The position numbers and the translations under genes were made by a program. A stretch of 63,864 nt of DNA, filler included, from Octopus bimaculoides (Eukaryota): the NCBI RefSeq assembly GCF_001194135.2. It is 6 parts of 6 records of this genome, joined end to end, with 100 filler letters (N's around TTAATTAATTAA, not from the genome) between each part and the next. Parts side by side here need not be neighbours in the genome. Positions count along the whole stretch, not along the records: positions 19,513 to 50,917 come from NC_068987.1; positions 51,018 to 55,146 come from NC_069005.1; positions 55,247 to 57,137 come from NW_026426200.1; positions 57,238 to 59,732 come from NW_026377118.1; positions 59,833 to 63,864 come from NC_068985.1; 1 more part is not named here. One strand, 5' to 3'. Numbering within the stretch: the stretch's first letter is position 1; every line of letters begins with the position of its first letter. Positions 49,199 through 61,918 of the stretch are shown one piece after another. Under the pieces are notes generated by a model that saw only the letters and a program-made list of their open reading frames with translations, had not been told where the DNA came from and did not search any database.

Positions 49199-49590
49199 TA
49201 CTTGTTTCAGTCATTTGACTGCGGCCATGCTGGAGCACCACCTTTAGTCAAGCAAATTGACCACAGAGCTTTTTTTTTTGTAAGCTTAGTACTCATTCTA
49301 TCGGTCTGTTTTACCGAACTGCTAAGTTATGGGGGACGTAAACACACCAGCATTAGTTGTCGAGCGATGGTGGGGGACAAACAGACACACAAACATACAC
49401 ACACACATACATATACATATATATACATATATGATAGGTTTCTTCCAGTTTTCGTCTACCAAATCCACTCACAAGGCTTTGGTCGGCCCGAAGCTATAGT
49501 ATAAGACACTTGCCCAAGGTGCCATGCAGTGGGACTGAACCTGGAACCATGTGGTTGGTAAGCAAGCTACTTACCACACAGCCACTCCTA
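49199..49590 (-). mobile_element. SINE family A
   Basis: Colinear with the 42371 copy. Confidence 0.88.
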
Positions 49591-50371
49591 TACATACATA
49601 TATATACATACATACATAGATATATATATATTATATATATATACATATATATGTATGCGTGCGTATGTATGTATTTATGTATATATGTATACATGTATGT
49701 ATGTATGTGCGCATATATGTATTTATGTATGTATGTATGTATGTATGTCAGTTCACATTGAATACACACATTGAAATGATTTCCATCTTTAATCATCATC
49801 TTTTTTTCTGGGTATAGTATATCTAGGACTGCATTATCCAATGTGCCCTTACTCTTTTTTAACCCTTTGTAACCAACTTGCCTGAGATTGCCCCTGGTTC
49901 CATGAGACAAACTTCTTGTTTTTAAGGGATCAAAATAAAAAACTTCCAGCAAATTCCATGCTAATTTTTCTTCCAAACACCAGATTAATAAACACAAAAT
50001 ATTTCATTAAATTCTTTACAATTTTCAAAATTAATTAAAACAAAAGTAGTTTATTTCAGTAGAAATATGGTAAGAAAACGGTCAAGACAGTAAAATACGG
50101 TTTGAGAAAGATTTGGCTGTTATTTCTAGCAGGTCGAGCAACCACACAAGAGCTTCCTGGTTGGATAAGTGTCGGTTACTGATTGAACTGTGGCTGTTTT
50201 GAGACTACTGTCTGTTTGTTTATTGACTGCTGTTGGCTGACAGTTTTACTGCCAAACTGACTAGAACTTCTCTGCTGGCTGTCTGGAAGTACTGGAACTC
50301 TGCTAACAAGCTATGCTTTACGTTTGTTCTTTATAACAAGTGATAAAGTGTGGGAGTATACGTGTAGCCAT

Positions 50372-50690
50372 ACGTATGAGGTGCATTCCAGAAGTTTTGA
50401 GACGATTTTTTGGGGAGCAATGGTTATAAATGTCCTAGATTCTTGTAATTTTGAGATACCATTGCTTTACATCTAATAAGCTGACAGTATAGACCTTGCT
50501 GCCTGAACTTTTGGTTGTTCTTCAAACTGAAGGTAACCATAAGAAGGGTCCTGGACATCTTTACTTTGGAGAACATCCATAGGACCTTCACAAAGTGGAT
50601 AGGGGTCTATAATAAGTGTATTGAAGTTAAAGGATCCTACTTTGAAGGAGATTAGAGTTTTGTACTTCTTTCAAATTAATAAATGTCTCT
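50372..50690 (+). mobile_element. Non-autonomous mariner derivative
   Basis: Ends in TLENIHRTFTKWIGVYNKCIEVKGSYFEGD*, the mariner C-terminal W..R..KCI..G.YFEG motif; TA-started TIR-like 5' end. Confidence 0.6.
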
Positions 50691-50900
50691 CTTTTACTTG
50701 TTTCAGTCATTTGACTGTGGCCATGCTGGAGCACCGCCTTTAGTCGAGCAAATCGACCCCAGGACTTATTCTTTGGATGCCTAGTACTTATTCTATCGGT
50801 CTCTTTTGGCCGAACCGCTAAGTTACGGGGACGTAAACAAATCAGCATCGGTTGTCAGGTGATGTTGGGGGGAAAAACACAGATACACAAACATACATAC
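50691..50900 (-). mobile_element. SINE family A, 3' half
   Basis: cttttacttgtttcagtcatttgactgtggccatgctggagcaccgcc...; runs into (AT)n and a gap. Confidence 0.88.
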
Positions 50901-51031
50901 ATATATATATATATATANNNNNNNNNNNNNNNNNNNNNNNNNNNNNNNNNNNNNNNNNNNNTTAATTAATTAANNNNNNNNNNNNNNNNNNNNNNNNNNN
51001 NNNNNNNNNNNNNNNNNTATATATACATATA

Positions 51032-51070
<39 letters not shown>

Positions 51071-51336
51071 TTATTTCTATATATATATATATATTTATTT
51101 AGTTATATATATATATTTATTTATAGTAGACTTACTTGCAAAAAAGGACGTGTGCGTTCAATAATGTAATAATACAAAGAATATATATACATGTATACAC
51201 ACATATGTACATACTTACATCTACATGTGTATATATATGCATATCAGGGTACAGGACGTTAGAACAATAAGCTACAGACAACGGAACGAACACAGGAAAA
51301 CGGAAAGCCACTTGGAATATCCCTTCATCAGCTGTC

Positions 51337-54300
51337 TACGAACGACCGAACAGCCGTACGTACGAAGGAACGAACGAACGTACGTTCCTAAGTACGTACG
51401 CAGGAAGGAACTCAAACGAACAAATGAAATAATGTAACGTACGAACGAACGAACGAAAGAATGAACCAACGAATTCTTTCGTTCGTTCGTTTGTTCATTC
51501 GTTGGTTCATTCTTTCGTTCGTTCGTAGGTACGTACGTATGTACGTTCGTTTGTTCATTCGTGCGTACGTACTCACGTACGTACGATCGTTCATTCGTTC
51601 GTACGTATTTATCTACGTACGTACGTTAGTTCGTTCTTTTGTTCCTTCGTTCGTACGTTACATTATTTCGTTTGTTCGTTTGTGAGTTCGTTCGTTCGTT
51701 CCTGCGTACGTACTTAGGAACGTACGTTCGTTCGTTCCTTCGTACGTACGGCTGTTCGGTCGTTCGTACGTATGTACCTACATTTGTTCGTTAAATCGTT
51801 TGTTCTATCGTTCATTCCTTCTTTCGTTCGTACGTACGTACGCTCTTTCATTCGATCTTTCGTTGCTTCGTACGTACGTTCGTTCGAAGGAACAAAAGAA
51901 CGAACGAAAGTACGTAAGCACGTACGAACGAACGATAAATTGGACGTACGAACGAAAGAATAAAAATATATATATATAAATAAATAAACAAATATATATA
52001 TAAGGAAATAAAAACGAAAGAATATATATATAAATAAATAAATATATNNNNNNNNNNNNNNNNNNNNNNNNNNNNNNNNNNNNNNNNNNNNNNNNNNNNN
52101 NNNNNNNNNNNNNNNNNNNNNNNNNNNNNNNNNNNNNNNNNNNNNNNNNNNNNNNNNNNNNNNNNNNNNNNNNNNNNNNNNNNNNNNNNNNNNNNNNNNN
52201 NNNNNNNNNNNNNNNNNNNNNNNNNNNNNNNNNNNNNNNNNNNNNNNNNNNNNNNNNNNNNNNNNNNNNNNNNNNNNNNNNNNNNNNNNNNNNNNNNNNN
52301 NNNNNNNNNNNNNNNNNNNNNNNNNNNNNNNATATATATATATATATATATATATACAAATAAATATATATATACGTTCGTTCGATCGTTCTTACGTACG
52401 TAAGTTCGATAGACCGTTCATTCGTACGTATGTACGTACCTACATACGTATGTTTGTTCTTTCGTTCGTTCGTACTTTCGTACATACGTTCGCTCGTTCC
52501 TTCATTTCTTTCTTCGTTCATTCGTACACACGTAAGTACGTTCATTCGCTCGTTCGTTCTTTCGTACGTACGGACGTATGAATATGTTTCCGTTCGCTCA
52601 TTCGTTCGTCGGTACGTAAGTTCGTTCGTTCGTACGAACGTACGTTCGTTCATTCGTACATAAGTACGTACGATCGTTCGTTCGTTCATTCGTACATACC
52701 TACGTACGTTCGTTCGTACGTATGCTCGTTCGTTTTTCTTTATTTCGTTCTTTAGTTAGTTTGTCCTTTCGTTCGTACGCACGTACGTTCGTTCGTACGT
52801 ATATAGTACTTTCGTTCGTTCAATCTTTCGTTCGATCGTACGTACATACGTACTTTTGTTAGTTCATTCGTTCGTACATACGCACATTCGTCCGAAATAA
52901 AGAAAAAGCGAACGTACATACGTACGTAAATACGCACGAAGAACGAAATTACGTTCGAACGAACGATCTAACGAAAGAACTAACGAACGTACGTACGTAC
53001 GTACGAACGACCGAACGAACGTACGTACGACGTGCGTACATACGTACGTACCTGGGTACGTGCTTGTGTACGTACGTACGAACTAACGAACGAACGTACG
53101 TACTCACGTAGATAAGTCTGTGCGAACGAACGAACGATCGTACGTAAGTTGGTACCTACGAACGAACGAACGTACTAAAGAAAGAATGAACCAACGAATG
53201 AAGAAACGAACGAAAGTACGTACTTACGTACGAATGAACGAGCGAACGAAAGTACGAACGTTCGTACGAACGGACGAACTTACGTACCGACGAACGAACG
53301 AGCGAATGAACGTACGTACCTATGTACAAATGAACGATAGTACGTACGAACGAACGAACGAATAAAAGAGATGAAGGAACGAGCGAACGTATGTAAGAAC
53401 GAACGCAGGAACGTACGTACGTTTGTACCTACGTACTAACGGACGAATGAACGTAAGAACGAACTAACGTACGTACGTATGAACGAAGTATCGAACGAAA
53501 TTAAGGATTGTACAAACGAACGAAAGAACAAACGTACGTATCTAGGTACGTACATACGTACGAATGAACGAACGAACGTACGTACGTAAGAACGATCGAA
53601 CGAACGTATATATATAAATAAATATATATATTTATTTANNNNNNNNNNNNNNNNNNNNNNNNNNNNNNNNNNNNNNNNNNNNNNNNNNNNNNNNNNNNNN
53701 NNNNNNNNNNNNNNNNNNNNNNNNNNNNNNNNNNNNNNNNNNNNNNNNNNNNNNNNNNNNNNNNNNNNNNNNNNNNNNNNNNNNNNNNNNNNNNNNNNNN
53801 NNNNNNNNNNNNNNNNNNNNNNNNNNNNNNNNNNNNNNNNNNNNNNNNNNNNNNNNNNNNNNNNNNNNNNNNNNNNNNNNNNNNNNNNNNNNNNNNNNNN
53901 NNNNNNNNNNNNNNNNNNNNNNNNNNNNNNNNNNNNNNNNNNNNNNNNNNNNNNNNNNNNNNNNNNNNNNNNNNNNNNNNNNNNNNNNNNNNNNNNNNNN
54001 NNNNNNNNNNNNNNNNNNNNNNNNNNNNNNNNNNNNNNNNNNNNNNNNNNNNNNNNNNNNNNNNNNNNNNNNNNNNNNNNNNNNNNNNNNNNNNNNNNNN
54101 NNNNNNNNNNNNNNNNNNNNNNNNNNNNNNNNNNNNNNNNNNNNNNNNNNNNNNNNNNNNNNNNNNNNNNNNNNNNNNNNNNNNNNNNNNNNNNNNNNNN
54201 NNNNNNNNNNNNNNNNNNNNNNNNNNNNNNNNNNNNNNNNNNNNNNNNNNNNNNNNNNNNNNNNNNNNNNNNNNNNNNNNNNNNNNNNNNNNNNNNNNNN

Positions 54301-55146
54301 NNNNNNNNNNNNNNNNNNNNNNNNNNNNNNNNNNNNNNNNNNNNNNNNNNNNNNNNNNNNNNNNNNNNNNNNCGAAAGTACGTACATACGTACGTACGAC
54401 CGAACGAAAGATTGAACGAACGAAATGACGTATGTACGTACGAACGAACTTACGTTCGAACGAACAGACGAACGAACGATCGAACGAAAGAATTAGGGAA
54501 CAAACGTACGTACGAACGAACGACCGAACGATCGATGGAATGAACGAAAGAACGAACGTACGTACGCACGAAGAATGGGACGTACGTATGTACGTACGGA
54601 CGTACAAACGAACGAACGTACGTACGAACGAACTAACGAAAGAACTAACGAAGGTACGTACATACGTACGTACGTGCGAACGAACGAACGGACGTGCGTA
54701 CGTACGTACGTACCTGCGTACCAACGTGTGTACGTACGTACATGCGTACGTACGAACTAACGAATGAATGTACGTACGTAGATAAGTACGTACGAACGAA
54801 CGTACGAACGAACGAACGATCGTACATAAGTACCTACCTAAGTACGTACGCACGAATTAACGAACGAAAGTACGTATGTACGTACGTACGTTCGTTTGTT
54901 CATTCGTTGGTTCATTGTTTCGTTAGTTCGTTCGTTCGTTCGTATGTACGTTCGTTTATTCATTCGTGCGTACGTACTTACGTACGGTTGTTCGTTCGTT
55001 CATACGTACTTATCTACGTACGTACGTTCGTTCGTTATTTCGTACGTACGCATGTACGTACGTACACACGTTGGTACGCAGGTACGTATGTACGTACGCA
55101 TGTCGTACGTACGTACGTTCGTTTGGTCGTTTGTACGTACGTACGT
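51337..55146. repeat. CpG-dense CGTA/CGAA/CGTT cryptic satellite with nested inverted repeats, interrupted by two gaps
   Basis: Polarity alternates between GAAC-rich and GTTC-rich blocks. 51337-51406 is the perfect reverse complement of 51699-51768, and 52365-52402 of 53579-53616. Confidence 0.92.
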
Positions 55147-55739
55147 NNNNNNNNNNNNNNNNNNNNNNNNNNNNNNNNNNNNNNNNNNNNTTAATTAATT
55201 AANNNNNNNNNNNNNNNNNNNNNNNNNNNNNNNNNNNNNNNNNNNNAGATATAAAACTCGAAGCTCAAAGTAGTAGGGACCGACTCGTTAACGTAACGCA
55301 TCTCACTTTTCAACCTCTTGGTTTCTGGATCAGATTTCACGGTGCAACACCTTGGGGGAGTGTCTCCTATTATAGTCCCGCGCAATCGAGTGCTTTTGTG
55401 TGAATTTGGTCGACGGAAACTGTCGACTAATTTGAGCTGGCAGAATCGTTACCACACCGGACAAAATGCTTAGCAGCATTTCGTCCGTCTTTACATACTT
55501 AGGTCAAATTCTGCCAGGGTCGACTTTGCATTGTGACAAGCGGTGTATAACTGCATCTGATGGCCTGGTCCGTACTGTGGTACTGAAATTTTAGACATAG
55601 TAACAAGATCTAAATTCTGACTAATAAGTGGAGTCAACGTTTAAAAGATCAAACTCAACAGTAATGTATAACGAAGTACTAAATCTAATTATTAGGAACA
55701 AAGGCAGTATTAATACCGACAGGTAATATTTATAATTAC

Positions 55740-55985
55740 TTAAACGTGGATGTTCTATTAGAACAAACTATACTGCGATAGATACCATGAGAGAACTTCT
55801 CATATTGACTTTTGGTGCAAAGTGCACTCATGTTTATATCATTAGAGGGAATATAAATCTCCGCAACCTCCAACAGGAATTCATGTCGGCGTAGCCAATC
55901 GATGTTCTGTCCTCTTCGTAGTAGCCCACGTCTCACTTACTCATAAGAGCACAGGTAGGATGGTGCTATTGAACAGGTATTTTAT
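55740..55985 (-). mobile_element. RTE-like LINE remnant (post-RT region)
   Basis: Minus strand KYLFNSTILPVLL*VSETWATTKRTEHRLAT resembles the RTE motif LF...ILP.LLYG.ETW. Confidence 0.6.
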
Positions 55986-56229
55986 TAAATAGCGTTAACA
56001 TATTTTACTAGTAAACGCTTCATTCTGAAGATGACACTGTGAGAGGTCTAGAAAAATCGGTTGTAGTTGGAACTGCAGGGAAACTGTGAAAGAAACAAAA
56101 TTAAGAAAATGAAACAAGAAAACTATATATGAGTACTCATTTATAAATATATGTGTTCATTTATATGTGTGTGTGTGCATGTTTTTGTGTATGTACATAT
56201 GTGTGTGTATGTGTGTATATGTGTGGGTA

Positions 56230-56316
<87 letters not shown>

Positions 56317-56876
56317 ATATATATAAGATCGGAAGAGCNNNNNNNNNNNNNNNNNNNNNNNNNNNNNNNNNNNNNNNNNNNNNNNNNNNNNNNNNNNNNN
56401 NNNNNNNNNNNNNNNNNNNNNNNNNNNNNNNNNNNNNNNNNNNNNNNNNNNNNNNNNNNNNNNNNNNNNNNNNNNNNNNNNNNNNNNNNNNNNNNNNNNN
56501 NNNNNNNNNNNNNNNNNNNNNNNNNNNNNNNNNNNNNNNNNNNNNNNNNNNNNNNNNNNNNNNNNNNNNNNNNNNNNNNNNNNNNNNNNNNNNNNNNNNN
56601 NNNNNNNNNNNNNNNNNNNNNNNNNNNNNNNNNNNNNNNNNNNNNNNNNNNNNNNNNNNNNNNNNNNNNNNNNNNNNNNNNNNNNNNNNNNNNNNNNNNN
56701 NNNNNNNNNNNNNNNNNNNNNNNNNNNNNTGGCCAGGATTCCTCACAGCTACCCGTATTGTGTGCATCTAAGTATAAGCCATCCAGACAACCATGAAAAT
56801 GTCAGTTGTCGTATCATCACATGTTCTATTAATACACTTGAGTTGTGATTTGATTACATTGCAACACGTGTACCCG

Positions 56877-56910
<34 letters not shown>

Positions 56911-56944
56911 TGTTGTGTATTTATTATACATGTACTTGTTTGTA

Positions 56945-57137
56945 GTGAAGGCATGTGGCTTAACGGTTAGCGGCATTCCGCTCTCAATCGTAAGGTCGTG
57001 AGTTCAATTCCCAGAGATGCGTTGTGGCCTTGAGCAAGACACTTTATTTCACGTTGCTCCAGTCCACACAGCTGGCAAAAATGAATAGTACCTGTGTTTC
57101 AAAGGGCCAGTCTTGTTGTCACACGCTGCGTCACGCT
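56945..57137 (+). mobile_element. SINE family C
   Basis: gtgaaggcatgtggcttaacggttag...gagttcaattccc...gagcaagacactttatttcacgttgctcc. Confidence 0.8.
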
Positions 57138-57251
57138 NNNNNNNNNNNNNNNNNNNNNNNNNNNNNNNNNNNNNNNNNNNNTTAATTAATTAANNNNNNN
57201 NNNNNNNNNNNNNNNNNNNNNNNNNNNNNNNNNNNNNATATATATAATATA

Positions 57252-57318
57252 CAGGCACAGGAGTGGTTGTGTAGTGTGGATTTGGTCGATGGAAACTGAA
57301 AGAAGCCCGTCGTATATG

Positions 57319-57353
<35 letters not shown>

Positions 57354-57530
57354 TTGCTTGACAACGGATTTGGTGTTTCTACGTCCCCGTAACCTAGCGG
57401 TTCAACGAAAGCGACCGGTAGAATAAGTACTAGGCTTACAAAGAATAAGTCCTGGCATCGATTTGTTCGACTGAAGTCGGTACTCCAGCATGGCTGCAGT
57501 CAATTGACTGAAACAATAGGAGAATAAGAA
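57252..57530 (+). mobile_element. SINE family A with internal deletion
   Basis: The head joins directly to gtggatttgg; tail gactgaaacaat. Confidence 0.8.
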
Positions 57531-58617
57531 AATAAGGGAATATATCTGTGTGCGTGTGTGTCTCTATGTATAAACAAACACAACACAACACATAGTAAAA
57601 TGCGAGTTGAGAAAATAATGCAAGTAAGTCCAGCTCTTACAGTAGACGGTTTCCCAGAGTACAATGGCGATTTGAACATCATAGAAAATTACAATTAAAA
57701 AAATATTTTTGTCAATGACTGTCTCTCTATTTGTATACATTCACATGTATTTATATAACAATCTGTATGTATAACCATATACATACATACATACATTTAT
57801 ATGTATATATATATATATANNNNNNNNNNNNNNNNNNNNNNNNNNNNNNNNNNNNNNNNNNNNNNNNNNNNNNNNNNNNNNNNNNNNNNNNNNNNNNNNN
57901 NNNNNNNNNNNNNNNNNNNNNNNNNNNNNNNNNNNNNNNNNNNNNNNNNNNNNNNNNNNNNNNNNNNNNNNNNNNNNNNNNNNNNNNNNNNNNNNNNNNN
58001 NNNNNNNNNNNNNNNNNNNNNNNNNNNNNNNNNNNNNNNNNNNNNNNNNNNNNNNNNNNNNNNNNNNNNNNNNNNNNNNNNNNNNNNNNNNNNNNNNNNN
58101 NNNNNNNNNNNNNNNNNNNNNNNNNNNNNNNNNNNNNNNNNNNNNNNNNNNNNNNNNNNNNNNNNNNNNNNNNNNNNNNNNNNNNNNNNNNNNNNNNNNN
58201 NNNNNNNNNNNNNNNNNNNNNNNNNNNNNNNNNNNNNNNNNNNNNNNNNNNNNNNNNNNNNNNNNNNNNNNNNNNNNNNNNNNNNNNNNNNNNNNNNNNN
58301 NNNNNNNNNNNNNNNNNNNNNNNNNNNNNNNNNNNNNNNNNNNNNNNNNNNNNNNNNNNNNNNNNNNNNNNNNNNNNNNNNNNNNNNNNNNNNNNNNNNN
58401 NNNNNNNNNNNNNNNNNNNNNNNNNNNNNNNNNNNNNNNNNNNNNNNNNNNNNNNNNNNNNNNNNNNNNNNNNNNNNNNNNNNNNNNNNNNNNNNNNNNN
58501 NNNNNNNNNNNNNNNNNNNNNNNNNNNNNNNNNNNNNNNNNNNNNNNNNNNNNNNNNNNNNNNNNNNNNNNNNNNNNNNNNNNNNNNNNNNNNNNNNNNA
58601 ATATATATATATATATC

Positions 58618-58650
<33 letters not shown>

Positions 58651-59158
58651 AAGAGACTACTTTTATATATACATATACAATAATTCTTTTATATATACAT
58701 ATACAATAATCCTTTTGAGATCTCAGAAATTTTTTGTGAGTCTTCTGATTCTTTTAATGTGCTGGTTTCCTGATATTAAATTGATATTAATTAATATCAA
58801 TTTTTTTACCTTACTATTTTAATTATATATATATATATATATCTCCTTCCTTTCCCGAGCGTCCAATAACACTATTCGTATCACGTCCTCACTTTGTTGT
58901 TTTTTCGTTATTGTTTTTTGTGTTTTTTTTAACCTATATATATATACCAAAATAAGCATACATATATGTGCATGTATGCATATGTATGTGAACCCATACT
59001 AGCATGGAAAGCGGACGTTAAACGATGATGATATACGTTGCATAATACATACATAATATAAATATGTACCACGCATGTATATAACATGTGTAAGAGTGAA
59101 TATACATATATTCATGAATGTCTATCTATTTATGCCAATATGTATATGTGTATATATT

Positions 59159-59226
<68 letters not shown>

Positions 59227-59832
59227 CATAGAAACATTTTACATAGAAACATTTTACATCTCGTATACAAGCAAAGATTCTGTCAAACATAAATGACACA
59301 GGGCAGAACTGAATTCGGTTAGAAAGATATGCTAGTTATTATTAAAAATAAAATGACGAAAATCCGTTTTACATATATGAGGAAACTATAACGTAAATCT
59401 CTACCGTATATCTATATTATACATACTCTTAATCACATTTATGTTATAATAAATATATACAATAGATAATGAAATCACTTGTATTAATTTGAGATTTGTA
59501 ATATATATGTGTGAAATATATCAAGGGCATCGGATATATGTATACATGTGTGTTTGTGTGTATCCATAAACATTCAAATACGCATATGTACATAAATTTG
59601 TCACTCACCTGGGTAATGCATGTATCCACCAGTATATAAAATACATACTTAAAATAAGTATGTGTGCGAAATATATTTTGTATGGGCAATATATACATCA
59701 TACGAACATGCAATATATATATATATATATATNNNNNNNNNNNNNNNNNNNNNNNNNNNNNNNNNNNNNNNNNNNNTTAATTAATTAANNNNNNNNNNNN
59801 NNNNNNNNNNNNNNNNNNNNNNNNNNNNNNNN

Positions 59833-59871
<39 letters not shown>

Positions 59872-59872
<1 letters not shown>

Positions 59873-60071
59873 GACGGGCTTCTTTCAGTTTCCGTCTACC
59901 AAATCCACTCACAAGGCTTTGGTCGGCCCGAGGCTATAGTAGAAGACACTTGCCCAAGGTGCCACGCAGTGGGAATGAACCCGGAACCATGTGGTCGGTA
60001 AGCAAGCTACTTAATTTCATGAAATTTGCCATTAAGGTAAGCTACTTACCACACAGCCACTCCTACGCCTA
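59872..60071 (-). mobile_element. SINE family A, 5' half
   Basis: Near-consensus body; small insertion at 60014-60038. Confidence 0.88.
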
Positions 60072-60335
60072 TGACTAAAATTGTTCTTTTTTTTTGTGGT
60101 ACATGATTATTTCTAGTTAACATAGGGAATTTTCCCTTCAAAATATACGTTAAATCAACTGATATTTCATTACTTTAGTCAGTTTAAGACACATCATAGA
60201 GCATAGCCCACTCAGTCCTAACTCACAATCACGCACCTACCTACCTGAATACATGCAACACACACACACATACCTAGGCATTCTCTCCATCCCGCACTAT
60301 AGAAATATAAGAACACATGCAACGCATATTATTCA

Positions 60336-60378
<43 letters not shown>

Positions 60379-61626
60379 GCATACACACACAACACACACA
60401 CAAAGATTCATCGTAATTTTTTTGATACAATCTAAATTTGTCAAATATTTTGACTCTCACCATACAATAAAACAACATTGTGAATAGGATTGTTAGCGGA
60501 CCGTGGAATGCTAACTAAATATAAAGTTTCTCGCCTTTTAAAATTTGGAACATTTTGATATTGTGTGCCAACAGTCGTTTTTTTTTTTCACGAAAATATA
60601 CAATCAACAACAAAAGCCAAGCTACAAAATTCTGTGGTTTTATATTTTTAATGATATCATACATAAAATCCGTGATGTTTGATCTGTTTAGCTCTAAAAC
60701 ATCTATTGTTAATAAGTTTAGGCTTTTCATAGACTACGCTCTTTTATCGTAGTTCTGTTTTGATTATTTTTCTTTTTTAGACAGGCCACAATCAATCCTG
60801 TTTTACTATTTTGAAATAAATTTACTGAGGAATATAAAACAGCCATCATGTAAGTTCCGTATTCTCGACAGACCAAATGGTGAATGCGTTGCTTCGAAAA
60901 TTGGCGAAAAAGATGCGCTGAAAGAGCCAGTTACCTTGTGGGGCTTGTTCATGCGTATAAACATCTCTACTTTTGTCAAACCTAGTAGGGAGGTAGTTTG
61001 GGTTCCCAAAACGTCGGACGTTTCCAAGCTATGGACTGGAAAGTAACCTGTGATAGAGCAGCTTTATAAGCTTGCGATCCTCGGCACATCGGAGAAAAAA
61101 CAACGTCTGATACCGATTTCACTAGGTTGTCGCAGGAAAAAATATCAGTGTTAAGTCGCATCCCAGTTAAAGGACTTGTCTTGGAACAGGAAGGCTTTGC
61201 CTAATCTGTTGGTTTCTAACCCCGCCGATTTAAATTGCGACGGAAAACCACATTTGACGATATTGTAGCAGAAGAATGTTCACAGTTTGGCTCTTTACCT
61301 TTAAGCACCCACATTTTGACTCATCACGTGATGGCCTGGTCCCTCTAATTTTACGTGGGCTNNNNNNNNNNNNNNNNNNNNNNNNNNNNNNNNNNNNNNN
61401 NNNNNNNNNNNNNNNNNNNNNNNNNNNNNNNNNNNNNNNNNNNNNNNNNNNNNNNNNNNNNNNNNNNNNNNNNNNNNNNNNNNNNNNNNNNNNNNNNNNN
61501 NNNNNNNNNNNNNNNNNNNNNNNNNNNNNNNNNNNNNNNNNNNNNNNNNNNNNNNNNNNNNNNNNNNNNNNNNNNNNNNNNNNNNNNNNNNNNNNNNNNN
61601 NNNNNNNNNNNNNNNNNNNNNNNNNN

Positions 61627-61918
61627 GAGCGAAAACACCTAAAGCTCCACGAGGCTCCGGCAGGGGATGGTGGCGAACCCTACTGTACTCTTTCACCACA
61701 ACTTTCTCTCACTCTTACTTCCTGATTCTGTTGTGCCTGTAATTCAAAGGGTCAGCCTTGTCATACTGTGTCACGTTGAATATCCCCGAGAACTACGTTA
61801 AGGGTACACGTGTCTGTGGAGTGCTCAGCCACTTGCACGTTAATTTCACGAGCAGGCTGTTCCGTTGATCGGATCAACTGGAACCCTCCACGTCGTAAGC
61901 GACGGAGTGCCAACAACA
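61627..61918 (+). mobile_element. SINE family D, 3' part
   Basis: aacacctaaagctccacgagg...caactttctctcactc...aaagggtcagccttgtca, shared with 16701; CAA-rich tail. Confidence 0.8.

Noticed and set aside
51225-55194. R/T/N/E/Y/V/S/F-rich ORFs of up to about 300 aa
   Set aside because: They are translation products of the CGTA/CGAA satellite, which is naturally stop-poor.
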